Made by a program: the position numbers and the translations under genes. The notes under the pieces are model-generated. The model worked only from the letters and a program-made list of their open reading frames with translations, searched no databases and was not told where the DNA came from. From the NCBI RefSeq assembly GCF_964204645.1, contig NC_134028.1, forward strand, positions 10,292,001-10,356,000: DNA of 64,000 nucleotides, read 5' to 3'. Numbering within the stretch: position 1 is the stretch's first letter; each line of letters starts with the position of its first letter. The stretch comes from Tubulanus polymorphus (lineage: Eukaryota > Animalia > Nemertea). This document shows positions 61,825 through 64,000 of this stretch, in pieces.

Positions 61825-64000
61825 AGTATTAGGAAAATGGCGCTTTCAGATCAGAGGTCGAGAGGTCGAGACACCACTCATCACCACAAGTAATTTTTTT
61901 TTCCTAATAAATGGGAGAGAGTGAACAACACATTGAACAAATTGATGTTAATGAAAATAAATATTATTGTACATATTGTAAAAAGTACATTTATAAATAT
62001 CAAAAATCGCGTCATGAAAAATCTACAAATCATATAAAAAATGTAATAGATTTTATAACCCCCGAAAATTCCAATGAACGAAAAGAACGAATAGAAAATA
62101 TGAATGTGGATAAAATAAAATGTGAAGTTTGTAATGAATTTATAGTAAAAAGGAATTATAATAGACATCTCGAATCACAAAAACACTATCAAAATTTAAA
62201 TAAAAATGTTTTAGGATCAGAATATTTTGATGATAAACCTCAACAAGTAAAAAAATCAACTTCAAAAACTAAATCCATTTCAAATAAACCTTACATGGAA
62301 AATGTTAGAAATTATATCGATTCACTAGAAATAAAAGATACAATTGAAATTTCAGAAACATTATATAGTAAAATTGGTCCTGCAGCTATTATATTTAGAT
62401 TTTTTAAAGGTACAACAATAGAAGATTATAATAAATTTATTGAATTCATGGAAAAAATACTAGATTTGGTAACAGATGTTGAATATCCAAAAATTAGTAT
62501 TTCTAAAAAGTAAGTTTTTTAAAGTCAGAAGATAAAATGGATTATGATATTCAAACACTCTCTGAAGAAATAATTTCAAAAACGCAAATAAAAGAGAAGT
62601 TAGAAAAAATATTTAATGAATTTAAACGACATATTGAAAAAAGATATTTTGAGGGTTCTGGTTTAACATTGAATGAAATTATATTTTTAGATTTAAATGT
62701 TTATAATACAAAAATGATTAAAACATCAAAAAGTAAAACAATGTTTAAAAATGATTCAAACTTTATAACAGAAAAGGATATTAAAGCATCAAGTTATATC
62801 AAATTACCATTTACAACAAAAGCAGTACTAAATATTCAAAATGAAGATAATAAATGTTTTCTATGGTCAATTATTAGTCGCTTACACCCAACTCAGGAAA
62901 ATGTTTATAGAACAACAAATTACCAGAAATATGAAAAAAAACATAAAATTGATCAATATCCAGTAACTATAAAAATGATTCCTAAAATAGAAAAAGATAA
63001 TGATTTAAAAATAAATGTATTCGAATTAATACAATTACCAAAGACAAAAGGTGAAAATATTAAAGATTATACATTAGAAGCTTTATATTTAACAGAATGT
63101 TATGATGATGAAAATGTTATAGATTTGTTATATTACAAAAAAGATGAAAATGAACATTATATGTGGTTAAAACAAATTGATTTATTCTTTAGAACAGAAA
63201 GTGATTTCAACAGTCATCATAAGATTTATCTATGTAGAAAATGTTTATCTAAATTTAGAACTGAGAATACATTATTAAAACATAAAGAATTATGTGATAA
63301 TAAAGATTTTTGCAAATTAATAATGCCAACAGAAAAAGATTATAAATTGAAATTTACTAATCATAAATTTAAAAATATTGTTCCATTTGTAATTTATGGG
63401 GATTTTGAATCGTTAAATAACGAATTAACTAATCAAGATAGAAAAGAAATATATAATAAAAAGCAAATTTTAAAATCAATGGATAAAGGAAATGAATTAA
63501 ATGAAGATATAATTCAAGATCCACCAATTATAAACACAATTAAAAAAGTTCATCAAAGAGCTGCTGCTTATGGAATTTACATAAAATCAAATTATCCTGA
63601 ATTATATCAAAGTCAATATATTCCTTTTAGAGGTGAAGATGTAGTTAATAAACAAAATAATTGAATTAGAAAGTGATTTTGCAAAATTATTAAACAAAAA
63701 TAAAAGAATAGTTATGACAAAAGAAGATGAAATTGATTTTAATTACTCAACTCATTGTTGTTACTGTGAAAAACGTTTTCATTCATTTGATAAAAAAGTT
63801 AGAGATCATGATCATTTAAATTCAAAATATCGTGGAGCTGCTCATGAAGATTGTAATTTACAAACTAAGAAAGTTAATTTCGTACCAATATTATTTCATA
63901 ATTTATCGGGTTATGATACCCATCTATTTATAAAACAGTTATCAGGAAAATTGGGCACAATTAATTAAGAAATAGAAGAATATAATGCTATGAATGGCGC
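61825..64000. mobile_element. Polinton-like element D (left end), same subfamily as A
   Basis: Begins AGTATTAGGAAAATGG; 61825-61910 is the reverse complement of the end of A; pPolB is highly similar to that of A. Confidence 0.88.
61911..64000 (+). pseudogene. polB: pPolB N-terminal half (Zn fingers, terminal-protein/OTU-like region, exonuclease, EndoVII-like insert)
   Basis: SSYIKLP..NIQNEDNKCFLWSI, HYMWLK, YGDFES, RDHDHL..RGAAH..CN and FHNLSGYD. Confidence 0.92.

Noticed and set aside
13230-61825. A's right end and D's left end as TIRs of one giant element
   Set aside because: They face outward, each leading into its own pPolB away from the interval, so they belong to two separate elements.

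Overview
This is eukaryotic, AT-rich, repeat-dense DNA with no recognisable host gene. The repeat types suggest an invertebrate animal (inference). The window is a nest of mobile elements dominated by four decayed endogenous Polinton/Maverick (adintovirus/MELD-like) viruses. A (<1-13230) has a pPolB carrying an intein. B (23004-41418) has both ends and a 6-bp TSD ATCGTC, and is internally chimeric. C (41929-~59010) and D (61825->64000) complete the set. Together they encode protein-primed PolB (Zn fingers, OTU-like and EndoVII-like domains), an rve integrase with chromodomain, an A32-like ATPase, major and minor capsid proteins, an HNH nuclease and several membrane proteins; A and D are only partly in the window. 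They are interleaved with a Ty1/copia retrotransposon (hit by two MULE-like elements with 9-bp TSDs), two Penelope-like retroelements with hammerhead-like motifs, Helentron-type HINEs and MITEs. Highlights: (1) a giant-virus-type Pol-c intein with a LAGLIDADG remnant in the pPolB active site; (2) long, covarying terminal hairpins at the ends of B and C; (3) TAAATG starts on most genes plus hairpins where the two gene arms converge, suggesting transcription by a large DNA helper virus; (4) a chimera breakpoint exactly at the intein target codon. Most ORFs are frameshifted. Family assignments come from motif recognition only; no database search was run.
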